Below, one piece after another: positions 8,620 to 17,556 of a stretch of 64,000 nucleotides of DNA. The notes under the pieces were generated by a model. The model was not told where the DNA came from. It searched no databases and worked only from the letters and a program-made list of their open reading frames with translations. This DNA is from Spirochaetia bacterium. Lineage in GTDB: Bacteria; Spirochaetota; Spirochaetia; WTKD01; G963693115. Each line of letters begins with the position of its first letter. Position 1 is the stretch's first letter. The stretch covers positions 19,954 to 83,953 of the forward strand of contig CBDDCA010000003.1 in NCBI GenBank assembly GCA_965226055.1. The letters run 5' to 3'. The translations under genes and the position numbers were made by a program.

Positions 8620-10803
8620 ATGATTAACAAAATAACGATAAATAATATAGCAAGCTATAAAGAAGAAACTTTTTTAGAGACTAAAAAGAAAGTAAATCTT
8701 ATTTATGGACTAAATGGTACAGGCAAAACAATTTTATCCAGTTATTTACAGGATATGGAAAATGATAAATATAAAGATTGTGGGATTGAAGGATTTGATG
8801 CAAACAAGCAAAAGATATTAGTATATAACCAAAAATTTGTAGATGATAAGTTTGATGGCAATGAAACACAAAGAGGAATTTTTACCTTAGATAAAGATAA
8901 TAAGGAAGCACTATCAAATATAGACAAAGCAACACAACAAAAGAAAATTTTGGAAAGCAAGTTACAGGAGGAAGGAAATGCTTTAAGTGATCAGAAAGCA
9001 CAAATAGACGAGAATCATAGTACAGCAATAGAAAATATTTGGGAAATAAAGAAAGAATATGAACATGGTGTATTTGATTTCTGTTTAGAAGGATATAAGA
9101 GGAAAGATAAATTATTTGAATATTTGCTGAGTAGGAATCTAGAAGAATCAACTAAAAGTATTAAAAGTATAGAAGAAGAGTTGTTAGAATTAGGAGAAGG
9201 AGCGAATCCAAGAGAAGAATTAAAAGAAATTACCTATGACAGTAATATAGAAAGTAATCAGATTTTTCAAGAAGGAATTATAGGTAATGAAAATAGTGCT
9301 GTTTCTAATCTAATAAAAGAATTAAAAAATGCTGATTGGGTTAGAAAAGGTTTGGGTTATGTCAATTTAAAAGAAAGGGAGAATTGCCCTTTTTGTCAAG
9401 AGAAGACTATGACTAAAGAATTGGTAAGTGAGATTGAAAGCTATTTTGATAAGACATATGAAGAAAAGATTACTCAAATAAAAAAATTAAAAACCGAATA
9501 CCAAAATTTTAGGGATAATCTAAATTTAGATAGTTATAAAAGAAATTTTTTCAAAGACTATCAGAATTTAGAAATTGAAAAATTATTTAATAGTGTAACT
9601 AAAATTTTAGATGATAATTTGGAAAAGATTAAGAAAAAAATAAGTCAGCCAAGCCAGATAGTAGAATTAGAATCAAGTAAAGAAGCAATACAGAAGGTAA
9701 ATCAAATAATCCAAAATAAAAATAAAGAGATTGAAGCATTTAATACGAAATTAACAAATAGAGAGCAGACAATTCAAGAATTAAAAGAAGATTTTTGGAA
9801 AATTCAAAGAAAAAAATACGACAGAGATATTTCTAACTATAATAATAAGAAACGAACATTACAAAAAGAGCAAGATAATATAAACAAAGAAATTGAAGAT
9901 ATAAGCAAACAAATTAAGGAACAAAATAGAATTATTAAGGAGAATCAAAGAAAAACAACCAGTATAGAAACTGTAATTGACAAAATTAATGTTCATTTAT
10001 CAGATTTTGGAATAAAAAATTTTAAGATTGTAAAGAATGATGAAAAAACTTATAAAATTGAAAGAACAGGAGAAGATGAAATTAATAAAATTGAGAGAAC
10101 GGGAGAAGATGAAAATAAATTTAAATCACTAAGTGAAGGAGAAAAAACCGTTATCAGCTTTTTGTATTTTGTAGAGTTATGTATTGGAAAAGAAAATACA
10201 GAAGACATTAAAGAAAAAATTGTTGTAATTGATGACCCTATGTCAAGTTTATCCCATATGTATGTCTTCAATGTAGCACAGCTTATTAAAACACATTTTA
10301 CAAAAAACAGTGACAAAAAGAGCGAGGTTAAACAATGTTTTATTTTGACGCATAGTCTATATTTTTTCTATGAACTAATGGATAAAAAAAAGAAGGAGGA
10401 AGAAGAAAAACAAGGGTTATTTAGAATTACCAAATCAGATAGCAGTAAGATTGAAGAAATGAAACGTAATGAAATCCAAAATGAATATGATTCTTACTGG
10501 GATATAGTGAAAACAGCAAATGAAGCAAATAGATTTATAGTAGCTAATGCTATGAGAAATATCATAGAGCATTTTTTTTGTTTCGTTGATAAAGAAGAAA
10601 GTATAAATAATATTTTTCAGAAAGAAGAATTTAAAGGCGATGAATATCAATCTTTTAGAAGATACATAGAGAGAGAATCACACTCCGATAGAACAAATTT
10701 TAGTGACAGCAAAGAAATTAATATAGAATTTTTTAAGAAAGCATTTAGGAAGGTTTTTGAAGAGGCAGATTATAAAGAACATTATGACAAATACATTAAA
10801 TGA
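8620..10803 (+). CDS. AAA_13-type ABC/Rad50-like ATPase, RloC/PrrC-like candidate anticodon nuclease
   Basis: Walker A is GLNGTGKT. A roughly 450-aa charged coiled-coil-like insert contains CPFC (CxxC). The ABC signature is LSEGEK and Walker B is IVVIDDPMSSLS. The C-terminal MRNIIEHFF...ESHSDR gives an R-x3-E...H arrangement. The track ORF starts at TTG 8587 inside repeat array 3. ATG 8620 (MINKITINN...) with upstream GAGGAG is the more plausible start. Confidence 0.7.
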   Translation: MINKITINNIASYKEETFLETKKKVNLIYGLNGTGKTILSSYLQDMENDKYKDCGIEGFDANKQKILVYNQKFVDDKFDGNETQRGIFTLDKDNKEALSNIDKATQQKKILESKLQEEGNALSDQKAQIDENHSTAIENIWEIKKEYEHGVFDFCLEGYKRKDKLFEYLLSRNLEESTKSIKSIEEELLELGEGANPREELKEITYDSNIESNQIFQEGIIGNENSAVSNLIKELKNADWVRKGLGYVNLKERENCPFCQEKTMTKELVSEIESYFDKTYEEKITQIKKLKTEYQNFRDNLNLDSYKRNFFKDYQNLEIEKLFNSVTKILDDNLEKIKKKISQPSQIVELESSKEAIQKVNQIIQNKNKEIEAFNTKLTNREQTIQELKEDFWKIQRKKYDRDISNYNNKKRTLQKEQDNINKEIEDISKQIKEQNRIIKENQRKTTSIETVIDKINVHLSDFGIKNFKIVKNDEKTYKIERTGEDEINKIERTGEDENKFKSLSEGEKTVISFLYFVELCIGKENTEDIKEKIVVIDDPMSSLSHMYVFNVAQLIKTHFTKNSDKKSEVKQCFILTHSLYFFYELMDKKKKEEEEKQGLFRITKSDSSKIEEMKRNEIQNEYDSYWDIVKTANEANRFIVANAMRNIIEHFFCFVDKEESINNIFQKEEFKGDEYQSFRRYIERESHSDRTNFSDSKEINIEFFKKAFRKVFEEADYKEHYDKYIK

Positions 10804-10887
10804 AAAAAATATTTCAATTAGAACATCCACCTCCTCCCCCCATAACTTCAATACATGATATAATAATAGTATATATATTTATGGAGG

Positions 10888-12207
10888 ATGTGTATGATTC
10901 AATATGTAAAAAAAGCATTGCAAGTAAGTGATATAGGGCATGTTGATACAAAAGTAAAAGAAACAGTAGAGTCTATCTTACGAGACATTACTCAACGAAA
11001 AGATAATGCAGTAAGAGAGCTTTCACAGAAATTTGACAACTTTAATCCGCCTCAGTTTAGACTGAGTGAGCAGGAAATACAACACTGTCTTTCACAGGTA
11101 ACGAAAGAGGATATGGAAGATATCACCTTTGCGTACAATCAGATTAAGTACTTTGCTGAACAACAAAAGGCTATGTTTAAGGACATAGAAGTAGAGCCTT
11201 ATCCTGGAGTTATTCTTGGTCATAAAAACATTCCTGTAAATTCTGTTGGATGTTATGTGCCAGGGGGAACACATCCATTTATAGCTTCTTGTTTTATGAG
11301 CATCCTCACAGCTAAAGTTGCTGGAGTAAAACGCATAGTAGCATGTGCGCCACCGCAAAACGGAAAGCCTCATCCTCTTGTTATTGCTGCTATGCATTTA
11401 TCAGGAGCAGACGAGATATATCTTCTTGGGGGAGTGCAGGCCGTTGCAGCTATGGCAATAGGCACAGAAGAAATAGCACCTGTAGACATGATTGTAGGTC
11501 CAGGAAATGCCTTTGTAGCAGAAGCAAAACGACAGCTCTTTGGAAGAGTTGGCATAGATTTGTTAGCAGGCCCCACCGAAACCTTAGTTATTGCAGATGA
11601 CACAGTTGATGCCGAGCTATGTGCTACTGACTTATTAGGACAAGCAGAGCATGGACCTACTTCTCCTGCAATATTATTGACAAACTCAAAAAAGCTAGCA
11701 GAAGAAACATTGAAAGAAATTGATCGCTTATTGACCATACTTCCTACTGCAGATGTCGCAAAAATATCTTGGCAAGACTATGGCGAAATTATTGTATGCG
11801 ATACATACGAGGAAATGCTTGCTGAATCTGAGCGTATTGCATCAGAACATGTACAAGTGATGACCAGCCGTGATGATTGGTTTTTGGAACACATGGTAAA
11901 CTATGGAGGCCTCTTTATTGGTGAGCGTACCAATGTTGCATACGGAGATAAGGTGATAGGCACCAACCATACCTTGCCTACCCGTAAAGCAGGACGCTAT
12001 ACAGGAGGACTCTGGGTAGGAAAATTCATTAAAACGCACAGTTATCAACGAGTGACAAGTGATGAAGCCACAGTACATATTGGAGAGTACTGTTCAAGAA
12101 TCTGCCATATGGAAGGCTTTGCAGGACATGCAGAGCAAGCGAATATACGACTTCGTAGATATGGCAAAAAAGATGTTCCGTATGGTACTCCTGCCACAAA
12201 GGAATAA
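10888..12207 (+). CDS. Histidinol dehydrogenase family (HisD-like) NAD-dependent dehydrogenase
   Basis: 439-aa ORF. HisD-type motifs are [39 protein letters not shown] and [13 protein letters not shown]. No other his genes are nearby, so it may be a paralog with another substrate. The alternative start ATG 10894 lies 6 nt after GGAGG. Confidence 0.75.
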   Translation: MCMIQYVKKALQVSDIGHVDTKVKETVESILRDITQRKDNAVRELSQKFDNFNPPQFRLSEQEIQHCLSQVTKEDMEDITFAYNQIKYFAEQQKAMFKDIEVEPYPGVILGHKNIPVNSVGCYVPGGTHPFIASCFMSILTAKVAGVKRIVACAPPQNGKPHPLVIAAMHLSGADEIYLLGGVQAVAAMAIGTEEIAPVDMIVGPGNAFVAEAKRQLFGRVGIDLLAGPTETLVIADDTVDAELCATDLLGQAEHGPTSPAILLTNSKKLAEETLKEIDRLLTILPTADVAKISWQDYGEIIVCDTYEEMLAESERIASEHVQVMTSRDDWFLEHMVNYGGLFIGERTNVAYGDKVIGTNHTLPTRKAGRYTGGLWVGKFIKTHSYQRVTSDEATVHIGEYCSRICHMEGFAGHAEQANIRLRRYGKKDVPYGTPATKE

Positions 12208-12243
12208 TGCAAAAAATAATAGTAAGGAGCTATAGCTTACACT

Positions 12244-13083
12244 ATGATAGAACAAATATTTAGCTTAAAAGGAAAAAAAGCCATTGTAACAGGAGCAACA
12301 GGGTCTATCGGATATGCCTGTGTGCAAGCACTACTATCTTTTGGAGCTTCGGTGCTTATAGTAGGAAGAAAGAAAGAAAAACTTATTGAGATAGAACAGC
12401 GTCTACAAAAAGATATGCTACAAACATCTCATCATAATGCTACTCAGCATGCTCCTAATCATCAGACTGTTCATCAGAATAAGGTACAAGCACAATCTCA
12501 TCAGCTTGATTGTAACGATATAGCTGCAATGAAAAAATTTTTTTCCAATCACAATGATACAGACATCTTTGTCAATAGTGTAGGCACTAACATACCAAAG
12601 CCTTTGCTTGAAATGAGCGAACAAGACTATGACACGCTTATGGACACAAATGTAAAAAGTGCTTTTTTTCAAACACAGTGTTTTGTAGCAGCAAAGACAG
12701 AAAAAGAAAAAAGAACTACTCAGTCATCTCCTGCATCGATTATTCACATATCTTCACAGATGGGATTTGTAGGAGGCGATGAGCGTAGCATATATTGTGC
12801 AAGTAAACATGCCATGCAAGGTATGTGTAAAGCCATAGCCTTAGAAATAGGAAAGTGGAATATGCGTATCAATACTATTTGTCCTACTTTTATTGAGACA
12901 GAGCTTACACGTTCTACGCTTGTCGATGCAGAGAAACGAAAAAAAATAACCCAATCTATTGTCTTTGAACGTTTAGGTGAACTACAGGACATATACGGAG
13001 CGGTAGTATACTTAGCCTCTGATGCCTCTCGTTTAGTAACAGGCACTGCAATAACAGTAGATGGCGGATGGACAGCACGATAG
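12244..13083 (+). CDS. Short-chain dehydrogenase/reductase (SDR) family oxidoreductase
   Basis: 279-aa ORF. It has the TGxxxGxG-type motif GATGSIGYA, the catalytic YCASKHAMQG (YxxxK) and the C-terminal VTGTAITVDGGWTA. It contains a His/Gln-rich insertion. Confidence 0.8.
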   Translation: MIEQIFSLKGKKAIVTGATGSIGYACVQALLSFGASVLIVGRKKEKLIEIEQRLQKDMLQTSHHNATQHAPNHQTVHQNKVQAQSHQLDCNDIAAMKKFFSNHNDTDIFVNSVGTNIPKPLLEMSEQDYDTLMDTNVKSAFFQTQCFVAAKTEKEKRTTQSSPASIIHISSQMGFVGGDERSIYCASKHAMQGMCKAIALEIGKWNMRINTICPTFIETELTRSTLVDAEKRKKITQSIVFERLGELQDIYGAVVYLASDASRLVTGTAITVDGGWTAR

Positions 13084-13089
13084 GGGAGC

Positions 13090-13362
13090 TTAGTTATTTT
13101 TTCTCATAGATATTTCTTTCTCTATATCTCTGTCTACAGAGTTAGTAAGACTATCAATTTCAAGCCCCATACCTTCTATTATTCTTTGATTTTCAACTTT
13201 CAAGGTTTCTAAAAATTCTGACTTATTCCACAGCCTATTTTTATTACCAAATCCATCTTCAGTAACATCCTGCAATGTACTTAAGTAAGATATGTGCATG
13301 ACAATTAATACTATCAGGCTTACCTCTCTTACCTGTTCTGTTGGGTACATGTATGGCCACAT
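13090..13362 (-). CDS. Hypothetical 90-aa ORF, possibly a gene remnant
   Basis: ORF only. Its last codons (IEKEISMRK) and the underlying 27 nt are identical to the 3' end of the SnoaL-like gene ending at 14438. Confidence 0.25.
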   Translation of the reverse strand: MWPYMYPTEQVREVSLIVLIVMHISYLSTLQDVTEDGFGNKNRLWNKSEFLETLKVENQRIIEGMGLEIDSLTNSVDRDIEKEISMRKNN

Positions 13363-13750
13363 CGCAACACATACCTTGATCAGTTAAGAGTTTGGTAAAT
13401 TGCTCTACATAAGAAAGAAAAAAATAAGTCTGATAATTCTAAACTGCGACTGAAAGTATAAGTAGCTTTTTAATAATAGATAATCTCATTCGTATAGAGA
13501 GACTGAAAATAGATACTCCTATATAATGTATTATCCGATGTTTATTCCCAATTATTTATCAATGGCTGGCTACTATGTATATAGTTCCCAAATGATAGGA
13601 GTATAATCTATAGAAAAATAAAAACTATTTACTTATCAAAATCTCAGAAACCTACCGCGTTGTAAAAACAGGAAACACTATATAATTAAATATAAGGTTA
13701 AGCCCTAAAATCCTATCGCAAAATCATAGCCCCAAGCCTGGCCTAGATGT

Positions 13751-13969
13751 TTATTGGTTTATTGCATTATAGAGTAAAGCGAATCCAGAAAGCATGATTG
13801 CAAAGTTTATTCCAAATATCCAATAAATAGTTTTTATACTATTGCTCAAACTATTTATTTTTTCATTTAAGTTTGTATTCATACTATTCATTTTTTCTAC
13901 GAGTAAATCATACTGAGTTACTGGTGTGCCTAATGAACCATCATCTGTATTTTTCTTTATATCTTTCAT
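13751..13969 (-). CDS. Small tail-anchored membrane protein (hypothetical)
   Basis: 72-aa ORF with an N-terminal polar/coiled segment and one C-terminal hydrophobic helix (IYWIFGINFAIMLSGFALLY). The architecture resembles XhlA-like small proteins, but no motif proof is available. Confidence 0.35.
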   Translation of the reverse strand: MKDIKKNTDDGSLGTPVTQYDLLVEKMNSMNTNLNEKINSLSNSIKTIYWIFGINFAIMLSGFALLYNAINQ

Positions 13970-14079
13970 AATCCTATTATCGCATATTTTTATTTTTTTA
14001 GTTTAGAGACTTGGGCTCTTGTAGCTCTGATTTTGTTGCTGCTCCTGTTCATATTCTCTTTTTAATTCTTTTATTTTCT

Positions 14080-14334
14080 CTACGATTGTTTTTTTAAGGT
14101 AGGATATGATGTTATACTTGGTTTAATTTCTTCTTCTAACATTTTATTTTCTTTATCTGTAAAATTATTCTTTTTGTAAATAGTCTTCTTTTCATCATAC
14201 AACATATTGTCACATACTTTCTGAGCTACTCTTTTAATTTCTGCCTGTCTCTCCTGCTCGATATGTTGTCTTTCAAGTTGATACTGTTTTTCTTTCTGTT
14301 CCTGCTCGATAGATAGCTGTATACTTTTATTCAC
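14080..14334 (-). CDS. Hypothetical charged (E/Q/K-rich) small protein
   Basis: 84-aa ORF only. No recognisable motif. Confidence 0.25.
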   Translation of the reverse strand: MNKSIQLSIEQEQKEKQYQLERQHIEQERQAEIKRVAQKVCDNMLYDEKKTIYKKNNFTDKENKMLEEEIKPSITSYPTLKKQS

Positions 14335-14437
14335 ATCAATACTAAGTATAGGTTCGGGTGATAGTGGGTAATATTCTTTTTCATCTTGTTTATGTGCCTT
14401 ATCTATTTGGGGTTGGGATAACTCTCGTTTTTCCTCT

Positions 14438-15481
14438 CTAATATCCTCTTTTTTTTCTCATAGATATTTCTTTCTCTATGAGAGAAAAAATATCATAGCC
14501 AAACTGTTTTAGTATATCAAGTATATCTATCATCACCCAATTTTCTACAAGACGATTTTCTTCTCGTCTCCATATATCAACAACACGTAGAGTAATCTTT
14601 GTATTGCTTGCAGTCAACCCAAGCCATCCATCACCAGTATGAGACGCATACATAGAAGGAAACCCAAAGTCGCATACATAGTTTCCCTCTGCTAGCTGTG
14701 CTGTATACGGAGTCTCTGTTTTTGAGAGTATACCTCTATCAGGAAATGCAGTGAGAAATGGAATTTGATGATACTTTTGAAACCCTTTCAATCCGCGTGT
14801 AGTACCTATCCCAGAAGGGCCGTACCACATCATGTTTTTTGTATCCCAGAAACGTTCTTGTCCCATTGAATCAAGACTGTTTCCATCATAGGAAAGCAAT
14901 CCATCAAGCATAGCATTTACCAAATTAAGAGAAGCAATACTTTCTTCTTCGCTGGTATCATAGAGGATAATACCGTCCTGTGTCATTGGTGCTGCAGTTA
15001 CAATCTCAGCTCCTCGTTGTGGTAATAGTTGTAACCCTGCTTGTCTCATGATAGCAAGAGAGTCAATAAAATACCATGCCTTTTGTATACGCCCATTTTG
15101 TAATATATAATGAGCATGAAAGCGAATCCATGTTGCTTGTTGAGTAGCAGGAACAGTAAACCAATCTCGTGCAAATGTGCCTATCATGTTTCCTGCACAA
15201 CATACACATTCCATATCTTTGTATACATCACCAAACAAAAGATACGGCTGAATTTCTAGATCAGGAAATGAATAGCTGAGAGTATGCCAAAATTGAGTCA
15301 TATGCTCTTCTATGCCTTTTTGAGGAGCATGAGAAAAAGGCTCGGTAGCATAGCTTTCACTATCATGTGCCATATATGTTTGTAATGTTTCTGCGGTATA
15401 TGTGCCATTTTCTAAGGCACGGTTTATATCTTGTATACATGAATATACAACTTGTTTGTTGTGTAATATATGTTGTTTCAT
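14438..15481 (-). CDS. Tandem SnoaL-like / NTF2-fold (ester cyclase family) protein, paralog 3
   Basis: The C-terminal half has the SnoaL-like pattern WYGPSGIGTTRG...VVDIWRREENRLVENWVMIDILDILKQFG. The first half ends with a similar pattern (...WYFIDSLAIMRQAGLQLLP). The likely start is MKQHIL at 15481, 10 nt after the upstream stop, rather than the track start 15544. Confidence 0.6.
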   Translation of the reverse strand: MKQHILHNKQVVYSCIQDINRALENGTYTAETLQTYMAHDSESYATEPFSHAPQKGIEEHMTQFWHTLSYSFPDLEIQPYLLFGDVYKDMECVCCAGNMIGTFARDWFTVPATQQATWIRFHAHYILQNGRIQKAWYFIDSLAIMRQAGLQLLPQRGAEIVTAAPMTQDGIILYDTSEEESIASLNLVNAMLDGLLSYDGNSLDSMGQERFWDTKNMMWYGPSGIGTTRGLKGFQKYHQIPFLTAFPDRGILSKTETPYTAQLAEGNYVCDFGFPSMYASHTGDGWLGLTASNTKITLRVVDIWRREENRLVENWVMIDILDILKQFGYDIFSLIEKEISMRKKRGY

Positions 15482-15491
15482 AGTATTGTCC

Positions 15492-16544
15492 TTATGTTTT
15501 ATTTCGGTATAATTGACACAATGTATCAAATGCATCGTACACAAGCCATTCTTGAGTAATGCTATTGTTTACAATTTCTATATGATGAATCCCTAAAGTA
15601 TTGGCACTCATATCTGTTGCAGTGCCAAATACCTGTGAATCATGAGCATGTACGCCTTTTAGTCGCCATCGTATTGCTATTTCAGTTTTTTCTTCATAGA
15701 AAGTAGCGGTAATTTGGTATATACTCAAGGCTTTCTCTTCAAACGGGGAGAGCAATGTACTCCATAGAAACTTTCTTTGTTCGGGAGAACGATAGGAACT
15801 ATCGCATATGCCATTGCTTACAGCAGTATCATGATAAAAAGAATCGATTGATTGGTTGTTACTAATAGCTTTGTACAAGGACATAACAAAATCAATAGCT
15901 GCTTCGTCAGTATCGTGCGGTGTGTACTGGCTGTACTGTATAGGGGTACAGCCATCGTCATATGCAAGTACATCTATGGCATTGTAGCGGGTATCCTGTA
16001 TTGCCATATGTATGGGATCAAAGCCAAGTTGTCGTATAACAAACAAGTTATCACGTACAAGCCATTCTTCATAAATAATATTATTTTTTGCAAGGCAATC
16101 TGCTATAGTACGAAAATGAATATGCTTTCCTGTTGCTGCTCCATATACAGTAGCACCAGTATTTGTAGCAGTCGAGAAAATTCTATGGGACGAAAAAAAA
16201 CGCTGCTCGTCACTACTGATGAGAGATTCTTTGCTAGCACAAGTACTATCGTGATAATGGGCCCATATAACAGCTTCTGCTCCCATTGTTCTATCAGGAA
16301 AAGAATACAGTGTTTTTAATGTTCCTTCTATTACTTGATCTAATCCGTGTATAGTTCTTGCTCCACTATGTATAGCAATATCTTTATCATAAGTATCATA
16401 TAAAAGCCAAATAGCTCTCTTTTCCCAAATCTGTTCAGTAATATCAAGTATATAATGAGGAAAACTGGTATATATATCCTTAAAGCCCGGAGGAGTACTG
16501 TAAGAGCTTAGCCGCTTTTGATGTAAATATTCTCTTATAATCAT
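15492..16544 (-). CDS. Tandem SnoaL-like / NTF2-fold protein, paralog 2
   Basis: 350-aa ORF with two halves ending EEWLVRDNLFVIRQLGFDP and QEWLVYDAFDTLCQL. This is the same two-domain layout as its neighbours. Confidence 0.55.
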   Translation of the reverse strand: MIIREYLHQKRLSSYSTPPGFKDIYTSFPHYILDITEQIWEKRAIWLLYDTYDKDIAIHSGARTIHGLDQVIEGTLKTLYSFPDRTMGAEAVIWAHYHDSTCASKESLISSDEQRFFSSHRIFSTATNTGATVYGAATGKHIHFRTIADCLAKNNIIYEEWLVRDNLFVIRQLGFDPIHMAIQDTRYNAIDVLAYDDGCTPIQYSQYTPHDTDEAAIDFVMSLYKAISNNQSIDSFYHDTAVSNGICDSSYRSPEQRKFLWSTLLSPFEEKALSIYQITATFYEEKTEIAIRWRLKGVHAHDSQVFGTATDMSANTLGIHHIEIVNNSITQEWLVYDAFDTLCQLYRNKT

Positions 16545-16551
16545 ATATATA

Positions 16552-17553
16552 TTATACTAATTCTTTACAACGAGCAAATACATCAAGACCTTGTTGTAAT
16601 AGCCAGTAAGGAATATCAATAAACACCCAGTTTTCTGCAAGTTTATCATGTTCTCTGCGGTATATGTCCACAACACGCATATCAGCAGGCTTTGAAGCAG
16701 GAAGCCCTAGAAACCCACCAGTAGGAGTATTGGTTAAGTTAGGCCAGCCGAAGAAACCTGCGTACTGTCCTTCTGCAAAACGACATATGTGACCATTAAA
16801 TGTTTTGTCTTTTAGATTTTTACGAAAAGGGTATTGATGTTGTTTTTGAAACAGAGGAATAGTATAGGTTGCTCCAATGCCTGTCGGACCGTACCATATC
16901 ATATCTTTATGCCATGTTCTCTCTAAATATTTAGGATTGCATTCATCATTTCCTGTTTTATTGAGTGTATCTAAATCATCAATCATAGTGTTAAGAAGAT
17001 TGAGTGTTTTTTCTCCTTCTTCTGGAACTTGTGTCTTGTAAAGAAGTCCATCATGGGTACGGGGACCTGGATAGAGAAATGAGGCTCCCGTTTGCATAGG
17101 AAGAGGATATATGCCTGATTGTTGCATAACATCGATCATATCACAGAAAAATGCACTTTGGGTAATACTATCGTTTTCAACACAATGAAATTCAGCATAA
17201 CGAAGAAAGGTCATTGCATTGTTGGATGGAATACCTAGCCACTCTGCTTGTCGTATTCCTAAAAAATGCCCCATACTGATAGTCCATATTTTGTTATCGT
17301 ATATATTTTTTCCTGCAATAAAAATATCTTGTCGTCTTTGTACATGAGACCAAGAAGCATAAAACGGCTTCCAGAATATTTCTATTACCTGTTGTCTATC
17401 GTTTTGCTTGTTAAATGGATGTACTCCATACCATGTATATGCTTGTGATACATATTTTTGCACTATTGATGCCACCGTATCTTGTGTAGCTGTTTCTAAT
17501 TCTGTATAGTATGAAAGTACTAATTGTTTTGCATGCTCAATACTTACAGACAT
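16552..17553 (-). CDS. Tandem SnoaL-like / NTF2-fold protein, paralog 1
   Basis: 333-aa ORF. The halves end ...FFCDMIDVMQQSGIYPLP and ...VVDIYRREHDKLAENWVFIDIPYWLLQQGLDVF, and WYGPTGIGATY is present as in paralog 3. Confidence 0.6.
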   Translation of the reverse strand: MSVSIEHAKQLVLSYYTELETATQDTVASIVQKYVSQAYTWYGVHPFNKQNDRQQVIEIFWKPFYASWSHVQRRQDIFIAGKNIYDNKIWTISMGHFLGIRQAEWLGIPSNNAMTFLRYAEFHCVENDSITQSAFFCDMIDVMQQSGIYPLPMQTGASFLYPGPRTHDGLLYKTQVPEEGEKTLNLLNTMIDDLDTLNKTGNDECNPKYLERTWHKDMIWYGPTGIGATYTIPLFQKQHQYPFRKNLKDKTFNGHICRFAEGQYAGFFGWPNLTNTPTGGFLGLPASKPADMRVVDIYRREHDKLAENWVFIDIPYWLLQQGLDVFARCKELV

Positions 17554-17556
17554 ATA

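Noticed and set aside
13363-14437. Small-ORF region as a prophage or holin-like remnant
   Set aside because: Only a vague architectural resemblance exists (coiled segment plus C-terminal TM in the 72-aa ORF). There is no integrase, no structural or lysis genes and no att-like repeats, so the evidence is insufficient.
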